A DNA stretch of 43,791 nt, taken from the IMG/VR virus record IMGVR_UViG_3300035128_000007; one strand, written 5' to 3'. Source of the stretch: a virus. Both the position numbers and the translations under genes were made by a program. Positions 1 through 7,427 of this stretch are shown here, in pieces. The stretch's first letter is position 1; every line of letters begins with the position of its first letter. The notes beneath the pieces are model-generated. The model was not told the origin of the DNA. It did no database searches and was given only the letters and a program-made list of their open reading frames with translations.

Positions 1-127
1 CTGGCGGTTTTCAGATAGCGGACGAACGCCTTGTTGGATCTGGCCTCTCTGGTGTCTTCTTCGCCGCCAGTGCGCTTGGCCGGGCTCTCTTCTCTGACGC
101 GCAGAGCACTTTCTGCGGCCTCGCGGT
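1..127. repeat. Terminal direct repeat, left copy (identical to 43665..43791)
   Basis: Read directly: ctggcggttttcagatagcggacg...ctttctgcggcctcgcggt occurs at both ends with offset 43664. It lies inside the capsid gene, so it looks like an assembly overlap of a circular or concatemeric template. Confidence 0.95.
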
Positions 128-320
128 CCAGCTCCTGTTGGCGAGCCTCACGATCAATCTTGCCCTTCAGCTTGTCCTGATCGGCGATCATGCCATCGTA
201 CTTGGCCTGTTCCTCATCGGTCAGGTCCCGCTTCTCTGACTCTGCCTTATCAATAATGGCGCGAGCGGCAGCGATCATTTCCCCACGCTGGTCACGCAAT
301 TGCTTGAGTTCAATACTCAT
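1..320 (-). CDS. Major capsid protein (HK97 family), N-terminal segment; continues at 43664 after circular closure
   Basis: ATG at 320 is preceded by AAGAGGAAAccaaag. Translation MSIELKQLRDQRGEMIAAARAIIDKAESEKRDLTDEEQAKYDGMIADQDKLKGKIDREARQQ... is a coiled-coil delta-domain-like N-terminus. It is in frame with ORF 42752..43618 (366 nt = 122 codons across the junction). Confidence 0.85.
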   Translation of the reverse strand, partial: MSIELKQLRDQRGEMIAAARAIIDKAESEKRDLTDEEQAKYDGMIADQDKLKGKIDREARQQELDREAAESALRVREESPAKRTGGEEDTREARSNKAFVRYLKTA

Positions 321-383
321 CTTTGGTTTCCTCTTGGCGTAATAATACCGCCCGTGGGCGGCTAGTTATCGCGTGACCAGCGG

Positions 384-968
384 TCATCGCAATTCTTCTA
401 ACTCGAGACGTAACCGCCTCAAATTATGCTGTGTCGGGTTATACAGGCTGGCTTGCCAGTCCTGTACAGACCTGAGAGCTACATCTGTATCCGGGTATGC
501 TGGATATGTCACCGGGCATACATCGAACAAATTTACATTCGTCAGCGTCCTGATAATCTGTCCGTCCTTAGTTTTCTCCAACCTCTGTCCGCCTCTCCTG
601 ACTCTGAACCCGAATGACATCTGTGATACATCACCGCGATCCATCGATACGACTAGATCCCTCGCATACTGAGTGTCAGGTGGATCTATCTCAACCGCCA
701 GACCCTCTTTATCCTCCTTCAATCGCAACGTGCCTGACCTGTTCCGACCGAGAATCAATGAAGGATCATGGTTGAATAGAGCTCGCACGTCCTGGCTTTC
801 CGATAATGCATCAGCAAAAGCCCCAGGGGAAATCTGCTCTCTGAAACCACCAAGATCTTCGCTCAGATGGTTGAATACCGCAGCATGTCCCCGGATAACA
901 GGCGTCTCATCATCCAGCCTTTCAATTTTCACGCTATCAAGCGCAAATGTTCGCCGTTCAATCTTCAT
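384..968 (-). CDS. Prohead protease, HK97 family (S78/U35-like)
   Basis: 194 aa with IRGHAAVFNHLSEDLGGFREQISPGAF, LFNHDPSLILGR and VSQMSFGF motifs typical of HK97-type prohead proteases. It lies between the portal and capsid genes. Confidence 0.9.
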   Translation of the reverse strand: MKIERRTFALDSVKIERLDDETPVIRGHAAVFNHLSEDLGGFREQISPGAFADALSESQDVRALFNHDPSLILGRNRSGTLRLKEDKEGLAVEIDPPDTQYARDLVVSMDRGDVSQMSFGFRVRRGGQRLEKTKDGQIIRTLTNVNLFDVCPVTYPAYPDTDVALRSVQDWQASLYNPTQHNLRRLRLELEELR

Positions 969-2172
969 TTACTACTTCCTCCTGCCCAGGAGTGGCCATA
1001 TTGAGCGGCACCAGCGGCTCGTCAAGACCTTCTAATGGGTTCATGTTTTCTTTTGCTCTAACCTCATTCCTAGTCATCCAGCCATCCAGAATCCCAGACT
1101 TATATAGATTAGATCTCGCATCAGAGTCCCCTCGTAGAAGCGCATCCACCAGGAATTCCGCAAAATAGGTGTTCTTCTGCGTAATCAGATCACGCTGTAT
1201 TGCTTGCTCGAATCGCTTAAACCAAGGCCCCATGGAATGAACAACAAACTCCATGCCCTGGTGCTCGATATTGTTGTTCGTAGAGCGATCCAGGTCCGCG
1301 ATCAAGTGTGGCGGTATGCGGAACATTCTTGCAATATCAGCAATTTGAAATTTTCGCGTCTCAAGATACTGGGCGTCCTCATTCGAAAGTGCGACGGAAT
1401 GCCACTTCATGCCCTCTTCTAAAACGGCCGTTTTCCCTGAATTCCCAGTCCCGGCATATGCCGCCTGCCACGAATCCTTGAGTCTGCGGGCCGATTCTTC
1501 TCCGAGTCTGTGCGGATGTTCCAGAACTCCGCTCAGTCGAGTACCGTTCGAAAACATCCTGGCGCCATGCTCGTTTACTGCCATCGTCATACCGATAGTT
1601 TCACGCTGGCATTCAATCGGGTTCATGCCCCGCAACCCATCGAACCCAAGCCCGCGGATGTGCAGCATCTCATCCTGCAAGATCACCCTGGAAGGGCCTT
1701 CTTCCGGGACATATTCATAGGCAACACGCTTATCAGGCGCCCAGAACGGACGTACCCGATCAGGATGCAACGGAATCAACTCAGATATGCCCCTTCCTCC
1801 CGTGGATATCTGCTCAGAATACGCATTCCCCCTCAAAGCCAGGTGGCCGGCCATCATCTCCCGCCACTCGAAAGACGTCTGCCACCGATTCGGCTGGTCA
1901 TGAAGCAGCGTATACAGCGGATGCATTGGGGCGCGTTCTTTGCCGTCTGAGGTGCGCCGATAGATCACTAGAGGTAGCATGGCGACTGTCTCTGTAATAA
2001 CGCGAACGCACGCATACACAGCAGACACCATAAGCGCTCTGTCAGTCGTCACATTCATGCCAGCAGCAGTTGCTGTGCCTCCGCCGAACCATTGAGCCAG
2101 AACTGGGTCACGAGGATGAACCGAACCCGTCGCCTCCGCTCTATGCTCAACCATGCCAGCGAGAAACCCCAT
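958..2172 (-). CDS. Portal protein, HK97 family
   Basis: 404 aa of portal-like sequence (VYACVRVITETVAMLPL, MFRIPPHLI, DGWMTRNEVR). It sits directly after TerL and overlaps the protease start by 11 nt. Confidence 0.9.
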   Translation of the reverse strand: MGFLAGMVEHRAEATGSVHPRDPVLAQWFGGGTATAAGMNVTTDRALMVSAVYACVRVITETVAMLPLVIYRRTSDGKERAPMHPLYTLLHDQPNRWQTSFEWREMMAGHLALRGNAYSEQISTGGRGISELIPLHPDRVRPFWAPDKRVAYEYVPEEGPSRVILQDEMLHIRGLGFDGLRGMNPIECQRETIGMTMAVNEHGARMFSNGTRLSGVLEHPHRLGEESARRLKDSWQAAYAGTGNSGKTAVLEEGMKWHSVALSNEDAQYLETRKFQIADIARMFRIPPHLIADLDRSTNNNIEHQGMEFVVHSMGPWFKRFEQAIQRDLITQKNTYFAEFLVDALLRGDSDARSNLYKSGILDGWMTRNEVRAKENMNPLEGLDEPLVPLNMATPGQEEVVNED

Positions 2173-2315
2173 TACTTAGACACCCGCCACAGTGCAGCAA
2201 GGATCAATATCGACCCGGGGACAATAAACCCTGCCGCTGGATGAAGGAAAAAAAGCCCAATTCCGAGCAGCGAAAGTCCCACTAAAGCCACTATATCATT
2301 GACATCTGGCTTCAT
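2172..2315 (-). CDS. Small two-TM membrane protein (47 aa), hand-called
   Basis: MKPDVNDIVALVGLSLLGIGLFFLHPAAGFIVPGSILILAALWRVSK. The ATG overlaps the TerL stop (ATGA) and the stop overlaps the portal ATG (TAATG). It is too short for the ORF track. Confidence 0.4.
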   Translation of the reverse strand: MKPDVNDIVALVGLSLLGIGLFFLHPAAGFIVPGSILILAALWRVSK

Positions 2316-4015
2316 AAGACAACAATTCCCCGTGATTCATAAACACTTTCGCCGTTTTCATTCGCTTTCATATACCCAATGCACATTATCAGAGCGACAA
2401 TCCCATCTATTTTATTCTGCGGAAACTCTTTCCGAGGGTATATGTTCTCTTTCGCATCAACATGACAAACAACATTGCTCGCCATCCATGCCAGGACAGG
2501 ATCTCCGTCATGATGGAACTTGCCTGATAACACAAGAGCCTCGAGCTGCTTCATTGGCTCTGACATGTTCTGCACGCTTTGCCGATACTCCACCGCAGAG
2601 GCGCCATCCGCCTGTAACCTCTGGATCAGATAGGACGCCTGCCAGGGATCGAACAATATGGCTTCCGGAGATGCTTCCGACATCAGCCGGCGGGCGTCTT
2701 CCTCGATATACCCGTAATCTGTGATATTCCCAGGCGTTAATATCAAGCGCCCTTCCCGGGACCACCCTGAATACTGACTATTCCGCCCGTCCTCGGCAGC
2801 ATCTTCGTTGAGGTAGTGCCGTGCAAAACAGTAATAATGTCCGTCTCTCTCATACAGAGAAACCAATGGGGCAATATCAGTCTTTGTCGCCAAGTCCGCC
2901 GCCACACAGCTTCTATCGCCAACAAAGTCCAGCTCGTCAAGTTCAGGGTCAGCACAACGATCCCACGCAGCCATGTCCATCCATGCCACATCTGAGTTGA
3001 CCCAGACGTTCAGATGCTTGGCGAGGAAATTGTTCTGTGCCGCGGCCATCTCGCGAGCCTTGCGCGCCTTCCTGGCGATATCGTCCGGGCTTACCGAGAC
3101 GCCCCAGTTAGGGTTCGCCTTAGCCCATATCTTCTGGTCAGATATGCACTTCCCTATATCCTCAAGGTCTTCATCGTCTACCGTATAGATGATCGCGAAA
3201 TATTCAGGGTCGTCCACAACCCCGGACAAGACCTTTATAGAATAGGCTCTCTGCTCATAACAAATGCCTGCCCGGTTGAACCCTGCTGTCGTTATCAGCC
3301 AGAGAAGCGGCTGGTCCCTAGCTCCTGTGGCCGTCTCGATGACGTCGAAGACATCCCGGGTCTTGTGGGCGTGGAGCTCGTCAATAATACCGATATGGAC
3401 GTTCAGACCATCCAGATTGCCGCCCTGGTCCCTCGAGAGGGCCTTGAACGAGCTTCCTGTCTCGTTTGTATAGATAGAGTGTGCCGACGGGACAACCCCG
3501 AACCGCCTCTTGAGGCCGGAGGACTTCGCAGCCATCGCCTTGGCATCAGACCATACTATCCGCGCCTGATCTCGTGTAGTGGCCGCAGAATAGATCTCAG
3601 CGCCCATCTCGTCGTCAGCCACAAGGCCATAGAGGCCGACACCGCTTGATACGGTGCTCTTTGCCTGCTTCCTGGGTTCTTCAAGATACGCCGTTTTGAA
3701 CCGCCGGCGCCCCTGCGCGTCTATCCACCCGAATATCGTCGTGAGCTTGAATATCTGCCAGGGCTCAAGCGTTATCAGCTTCCGTTCTCGTGCCCACCTG
3801 CCTTTGATGTGGGGCAGAAGCTCAATAAAACGGCAGATACGGCTGGCTCTGTCCTCATTAAAGGTATACGACCAATCTTCCCGCTCGAGATCATCTATCT
3901 GGCGCTGGCAAGCCTGCTGGACATACTTGCAAGCCAGTATCTCGCCAGAAACTACATCAGAAGCGTATTTCTGAGCTATGGCACAGTAGTCGCGCTCTAC
4001 AGCGGTTGCGCTAAT
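2312..4015 (-). CDS. terL: Terminase large subunit (Terminase_1/HK97 type); start codon unresolved
   Basis: The track ORF is 2312..3622, but the same frame is open up to 4036. That upstream part encodes a homologous N-terminus (LEPWQIFKLTTIFGW, RRFKTAYLEEPRKQAKST at the Walker A position, then GAEIYSAATTRDQA). There is no ATG/GTG/TTG between 4036 and 3623. I set the end at the ATT candidate (4015), which is tentative. Confidence 0.85.
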   Translation of the reverse strand: MSATAVERDYCAIAQKYASDVVSGEILACKYVQQACQRQIDDLEREDWSYTFNEDRASRICRFIELLPHIKGRWARERKLITLEPWQIFKLTTIFGWIDAQGRRRFKTAYLEEPRKQAKSTVSSGVGLYGLVADDEMGAEIYSAATTRDQARIVWSDAKAMAAKSSGLKRRFGVVPSAHSIYTNETGSSFKALSRDQGGNLDGLNVHIGIIDELHAHKTRDVFDVIETATGARDQPLLWLITTAGFNRAGICYEQRAYSIKVLSGVVDDPEYFAIIYTVDDEDLEDIGKCISDQKIWAKANPNWGVSVSPDDIARKARKAREMAAAQNNFLAKHLNVWVNSDVAWMDMAAWDRCADPELDELDFVGDRSCVAADLATKTDIAPLVSLYERDGHYYCFARHYLNEDAAEDGRNSQYSGWSREGRLILTPGNITDYGYIEEDARRLMSEASPEAILFDPWQASYLIQRLQADGASAVEYRQSVQNMSEPMKQLEALVLSGKFHHDGDPVLAWMASNVVCHVDAKENIYPRKEFPQNKIDGIVALIMCIGYMKANENGESVYESRGIVVL

Positions 4016-4671
4016 GGCAGTTCTACCTGAGATGTCTCATTATTGAAGCGATCAACCGCTTTATCGTAATAATACTTATCAATCTCGCACCCAACAAAGT
4101 CACATCCAAATTGCTTCGCCGCAATAGCACTTGAACCGCTACCCATATGCGTATCGAGAATATTTTCTCCTGGCTTGGAGTACTTCATTAGTAACCACTT
4201 ATATAGCGCAACTGGTTTTTGGGTTGGATGGATTCTTGCTTCCTTGTTATACATATTTCCTTGCAACATGCCTTGCCATCTAAACCTAAAATTTTTCACT
4301 GCTGTTTTAAAACTTGTCCACGCAAGCTCACTATCAGCAGCAAAGTCTGCCCCGTTATCCTTGTCCCATACAATCCAACATGGGGAAGGCTTATTGATTC
4401 TATCGATAAAATGATTCGCCCCCCATATGATCTGATTTATGCTCACGCGAAACAGTTCATGAAAGTATTCCACCTCTGGCGGCGACAGGTCTCCACCATA
4501 AAATGGCTTGTAGTTTGTTGCAACCGCCAAATTATTGCGTCTATAATTATTCTCGCCACTTTGCCCTATTCCATAAGGCGGATCGACGATGGCAAGATCA
4601 AACGCGTTGTCCGGCAAACCGCGCATATACTCCATGCAGTCTATGTGCAACAACTGCACTCTGGGCCTCAT
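3997..4671 (-). CDS. DNA methyltransferase, N6-adenine/N4-cytosine (DPPY) family
   Basis: Motifs AIVDPPYGIG, IHPTQKP and C-terminal ILDTHMGSGSS (an AdoMet motif placed after DPPY indicates the beta-type order). ATG 4671 overlaps the TerS stop (ATGA). The gene is visibly AT-richer than its neighbours. Confidence 0.85.
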   Translation of the reverse strand: MRPRVQLLHIDCMEYMRGLPDNAFDLAIVDPPYGIGQSGENNYRRNNLAVATNYKPFYGGDLSPPEVEYFHELFRVSINQIIWGANHFIDRINKPSPCWIVWDKDNGADFAADSELAWTSFKTAVKNFRFRWQGMLQGNMYNKEARIHPTQKPVALYKWLLMKYSKPGENILDTHMGSGSSAIAAKQFGCDFVGCEIDKYYYDKAVDRFNNETSQVELPLAQPL

Positions 4672-5048
4672 AGCTTCGACCACGGATCGTCCTCACCAGG
4701 CCTCTTGACTGCCACAATCTTAGACCTCGAGGATGGCGTCATCCCAAAATGGGCCAGAAACCCCTGGAATCGGCCTATCTTGGCAGGGTTAAACTTGGTC
4801 CCCAGTTCCCGCATTTCCACGATCAGCTTCGCTAGACCCTCGAGGGCAAGCCTGTCAGAGTCGAATATCACCCCGGGCGGGGCATATTTGAGGACTTCAT
4901 ACCAGGCCGCCTTCTCGGCGTCTGTGAGCTCATCTGGCGGATCTCCTGCCTCACCTTTAGGCATGGGCTCTTTCTTGTTTTCCCGCTCAGGATTCCTTTC
5001 GTATGATCCTTTAAGTTTATGAATCGCTGTAGGTTGTGCTAGAGCCAT
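4668..5048 (-). CDS. terS: Terminase small subunit, P27 family-like
   Basis: 126 aa with DELTDAEKAAWYEVL..., DSDRLALEGLAKLIVEMRE and FLAHFGMTPSSRSKI, typical of P27-family TerS. It lies upstream of TerL and downstream of the HNH gene. Confidence 0.8.
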   Translation of the reverse strand: MALAQPTAIHKLKGSYERNPERENKKEPMPKGEAGDPPDELTDAEKAAWYEVLKYAPPGVIFDSDRLALEGLAKLIVEMRELGTKFNPAKIGRFQGFLAHFGMTPSSRSKIVAVKRPGEDDPWSKL

Positions 5049-5294
5049 GATAATTTAGACCAATTCTAAGATAAATTCGCAGATGCGGAAGATTCTTTTG
5101 GGCGACGGTCGCAGCCTATCAGGCTGTAAAGATCCGATCCCCCCTCCCCTGTTTATCCGCCCATCACACTTCACTATCCTCAATCCTGTTCTCTTCCATG
5201 ATCTCTTCTGTCTTCTCTGGGTTGCAGTATTGGCATCCATCACCAACAAGTTTCTGACTCATGGTACATCCAATCAGACGGTTCTCTGTTGCTA

Positions 5295-5555
5295 TCAGTT
5301 ACCACTTGCTGTCTTCCTGAATACATGCGCTGATCCACCCCTGCGATAAGGAAGAATCAACAACACTGCCTCCACGTGTTCAATTGATACGTCATGCTCT
5401 TCGCTTATCTCGTCAGGACTATATCCATTTTCACTAAGTGTTAGAAAAGCATCCCATAACCGATGTCGCTTATCTCTATGTCCGCATAACGCACATGGGC
5501 CGCATGGAGCATAATATTTATCAAGATAGGAAATTGCTTCTTTGCTCCACATCAT
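5295..5555 (-). CDS. Hypothetical protein (Cys cluster plus HTH-like segment)
   Basis: 86-aa ORF with CGPCALCGHRDKRHRLWD followed by GYSPDEISEEHDVSIEHVEAVL. It is coupled to the HNH gene (4-nt overlap). No family recognised. Confidence 0.5.
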   Translation of the reverse strand: MMWSKEAISYLDKYYAPCGPCALCGHRDKRHRLWDAFLTLSENGYSPDEISEEHDVSIEHVEAVLLILPYRRGGSAHVFRKTASGN

Positions 5556-5881
5556 TCTCCACTCGCTGTCTTCCTGTTATGACACGAAACACACAACGAG
5601 CACCAGTTATTCCCACTATCCCAGAACTTTATCGGGTCTCCCCGATGCGGCACGATATGATCCACCACAGTAGCTGCCTTCACCACGCCACGCTTCTCAC
5701 AGGCTACACACAGTGGGTGCTCTGCCAGCCATGCTGCCCTGGCCTTCTTCCATTGTGTGTTATACCCACGCTGCGCGCTGTTCCCTCTCTTTGCGTCGTG
5801 GCGCTTGCGCCTGTCCGCGGCGCCTGAGTATGGTTGTCTGAATACTGGTGGTGCTGTCGGCATCTCACTTGATCTTGCCAA
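5552..5881 (-). CDS. HNH endonuclease (packaging-associated)
   Basis: RGYNTQWKKARAAWLAEHPLCVACEKRG...VVDHIVPHRGDPIKFWDSGNNWCSLCVSCHNRKT is a canonical phage HNH. It sits next to TerS/TerL/portal as in HK97-like cos phages. Confidence 0.9.
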   Translation of the reverse strand: MARSSEMPTAPPVFRQPYSGAADRRKRHDAKRGNSAQRGYNTQWKKARAAWLAEHPLCVACEKRGVVKAATVVDHIVPHRGDPIKFWDSGNNWCSLCVSCHNRKTASGE

Positions 5882-6215
5882 CTGCCTTGGCCACCTTCCT
5901 CAGTCCTTCGGCAATATTCAGAGTCCCATCAGCCAACAGCCTGGAGTCGCCGGCCCGGTCCACATTCACCCCATAGCTGTCAGCCACCTTCAGAGCCAAC
6001 AGTCTCAAATCCTCGAGATCAGACGCGTCTAGATCGCCCAGCTCTGAAGGGATCTTGTCAATACCTTCGATTGCATCTGCGATTGTGCCCCACATTCCTA
6101 GAAGCCTGAATATCTGCACTTGGCCTATTGGGCCGCCTCCGACGAACCCAGAAGCCACAATAGCAAGCTCTGCCAGGGCCTTGAAAAGCTCTCTAGTCTC
6201 TTTCAGATTGCTCAT
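5865..6215 (-). CDS. Hypothetical protein
   Basis: 116-aa ORF between the lysis genes and HNH, with one hydrophobic stretch (LAELAIVASGFVGGGPIG). No motif recognised. Confidence 0.5.
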   Translation of the reverse strand: MSNLKETRELFKALAELAIVASGFVGGGPIGQVQIFRLLGMWGTIADAIEGIDKIPSELGDLDASDLEDLRLLALKVADSYGVNVDRAGDSRLLADGTLNIAEGLRKVAKAVGKIK

Positions 6216-6254
6216 TTTCTCTCTCCTACAGAAACAGCATGACTATCAACAAGC

Positions 6255-6545
6255 CTACTGCTGCCCCGATTCCAATATCGATCGTGATGGCCACCAAACC
6301 TCCCGTCCCCCAAGTAGTAGGTCTACTCTCTCTTCCTGCCTTATTAGACGCTCTCTGACGTCCTCTATCGATTGCCACTGGTTCTCCACTCTTTTTTCGA
6401 GCTGGTGGCAATCGTGTGACAATACTTCCGCTTCTTTCTGGGTGAATGGCTTTAGCTGCGCTGCCGTCGTAACTATTATCGCTGTAATTACCCCCGCCAC
6501 CGACGCTCCGAGCACCGTAATCGCAATTTGTCCGGGGCTCTGCAT
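6255..6545 (-). CDS. Membrane-anchored coiled-coil protein (i-spanin-like position)
   Basis: 96 aa with an N-terminal TM (IAITVLGASVAGVITAIIVTTAA) followed by a charged helical region (LEKRVENQWQSIEDVRERLIRQEERV). It is the second gene after the endolysin. It competes with overlapping frame 6226..6549. Confidence 0.45.
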   Translation of the reverse strand: MQSPGQIAITVLGASVAGVITAIIVTTAAQLKPFTQKEAEVLSHDCHQLEKRVENQWQSIEDVRERLIRQEERVDLLLGGREVWWPSRSILESGQQ

Positions 6546-6562
6546 ACATTTCAGTCTTTTCG

Positions 6563-6754
6563 CTAAGGGCTTTGTCTGACTCTTTCTGCTTCTATCGCTA
6601 TGCAGGAGGCCATTTGCGAGGCATGCTGCTCGTCTCGAGCGGCCTCATTGTCAAACACGAGATACATCACCGTAAGAAGGATTACACTAATGCCTATCCA
6701 CTGGCCAGTCTTCCCGACAGCGCTGGGAATAGTCATATTGGGCTCATCAGACAT
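6563..6754 (-). CDS. Small single-pass membrane protein (lysis cassette)
   Basis: MSDEPNMTIPSAVGKTGQWIGISVILLTVMYLVFDNEAARDE... The ATG at 6754 overlaps the endolysin stop (TGATG). I preferred this internal start over the track's TTG 6787. Confidence 0.5.
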   Translation of the reverse strand: MSDEPNMTIPSAVGKTGQWIGISVILLTVMYLVFDNEAARDEQHASQMASCIAIEAERVRQSP

Positions 6755-7131
6755 CAGGCCACATGCTCCACTCCCTGGTAGTCCCAATACACTACTGGCT
6801 TGCTGTAGTCGATGTCGATATGAACGAAGTTCGGGCCGATGCCTGTCCGACCAAACCCAGCAGCAAAAACTCCTCTCAGGATATAGGCGAGTTCCCGAGG
6901 CCGTCTGTATCTGATATCTGCTGCGAGGCCCTTAGTATGCGCTGATCCCCTTACACCTCTCACTTCCTTGTTGTGGGAATCGGTCCGAAAGCCGCTTGTG
7001 ATGACGAACGGCACGCCAGCAATCTCCCGGGCCTCATCTATCATGTGCAGGAATAGCATGTTCATCCTGGAACCAGACCCAGGCTCGTCCGGCGAGTCAA
7101 ACTCACTGATATTGAAATGTTTTAGGTTCAA
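6754..7131 (-). CDS. Endolysin, peptidase M15A-like (D-Ala-D-Ala carboxypeptidase fold)
   Basis: 125 aa with FNISEFDSP, ITSGFRTDSHN, GSAHTKGLAADI and FVHIDID (an H..D..H zinc-ligand pattern of M15 peptidases). TTG start. Confidence 0.85.
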   Translation of the reverse strand: MNLKHFNISEFDSPDEPGSGSRMNMLFLHMIDEAREIAGVPFVITSGFRTDSHNKEVRGVRGSAHTKGLAADIRYRRPRELAYILRGVFAAGFGRTGIGPNFVHIDIDYSKPVVYWDYQGVEHVA

Positions 7132-7274
7132 TGCGAGCGCTTACGCATGGCTTTCTCCCACCACTTCACGGTATTTATATGTTTCACTTCTACCCCTTCT
7201 TCCTCAACTATCCACGCCGATTGACAATTCTCGCATCCTATCCTCATTTAGCATATTTCTGGTTCCCCGTCAAA

Positions 7275-7427
7275 TCAATAAGTGTCGTCAACACTTTCGC
7301 AAACCAGCCAAGCGTAATAAACGACCTGAACACACAGCATGGCCGGAAACCATTCACCAATAATCAGGCATCCTATCCCTATAGCGGCATGAAGATAAAC
7401 CGTGAACCACAACATCAATTTATCCAT
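7275..7427 (-). CDS. Holin-like two-TM protein (50 aa), hand-called
   Basis: MDKLMLWFTVYLHAAIGIGCLIIGEWFPAMLCVQVVYYAWLVCESVDDTY. The ATG overlaps the stop of the upstream gene (ATGGATAA). It lies immediately upstream of the endolysin and has a charged C-terminus. Confidence 0.5.
   Translation of the reverse strand: MDKLMLWFTVYLHAAIGIGCLIIGEWFPAMLCVQVVYYAWLVCESVDDTY

Noticed and set aside
348-361. Small hairpin CCGCCCgtGGGCGG between the protease and capsid genes as a terminator.
   Set aside because: Only about 5 bp can pair once a viable loop is allowed, and the trailing sequence (TATTATTAC) is a poor U-tract. It is more likely an mRNA processing or stability element, if anything.
3997-4036. 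-1 programmed frameshift fusing the DPPY methyltransferase to TerL, since TerL is in the -1 frame and the frames overlap by 40 nt.
   Set aside because: The overlap (aat aat gag aca tct cag gta gaa ctg cca tta gcg caa ccg ctg tag) contains no X_XXY_YYZ slippery heptamer, and I could not see a downstream structure. I kept it only as a remote alternative in the TerL finding.
5055-5249. 64-aa minus ORF in the HNH-TerS gap, and a 32-aa CxxC micro-ORF starting at 5262.
   Set aside because: The composition is Arg/Gly-rich or very short with a weak SD. The region is better explained as a non-coding packaging/cos-type region. It was not annotated as CDS.
6226-6303. A 22-aa hydrophobic mini-ORF (GTG 6294, preceded by GGAGGT) or a -1 shift adding a C-terminal TM to the coiled-coil lysis protein.
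   Set aside because: GGAGGT is only 3 nt from the GTG (0 nt from the TTG), which is too close for a functional SD. There is no slippery sequence at the ttggggga site. The open frame may be chance in a GC-biased stretch.
7141-7260. 38-aa ORF (MRIGCENCQSAWIVEEEGVEVKHINTVKWWEKAMRKRSH) between the holin-like gene and the endolysin.
   Set aside because: It has no SD, no TM segment and no recognisable motif. It is too short to support from sequence alone. I noted it only because its stop overlaps the endolysin TTG start.
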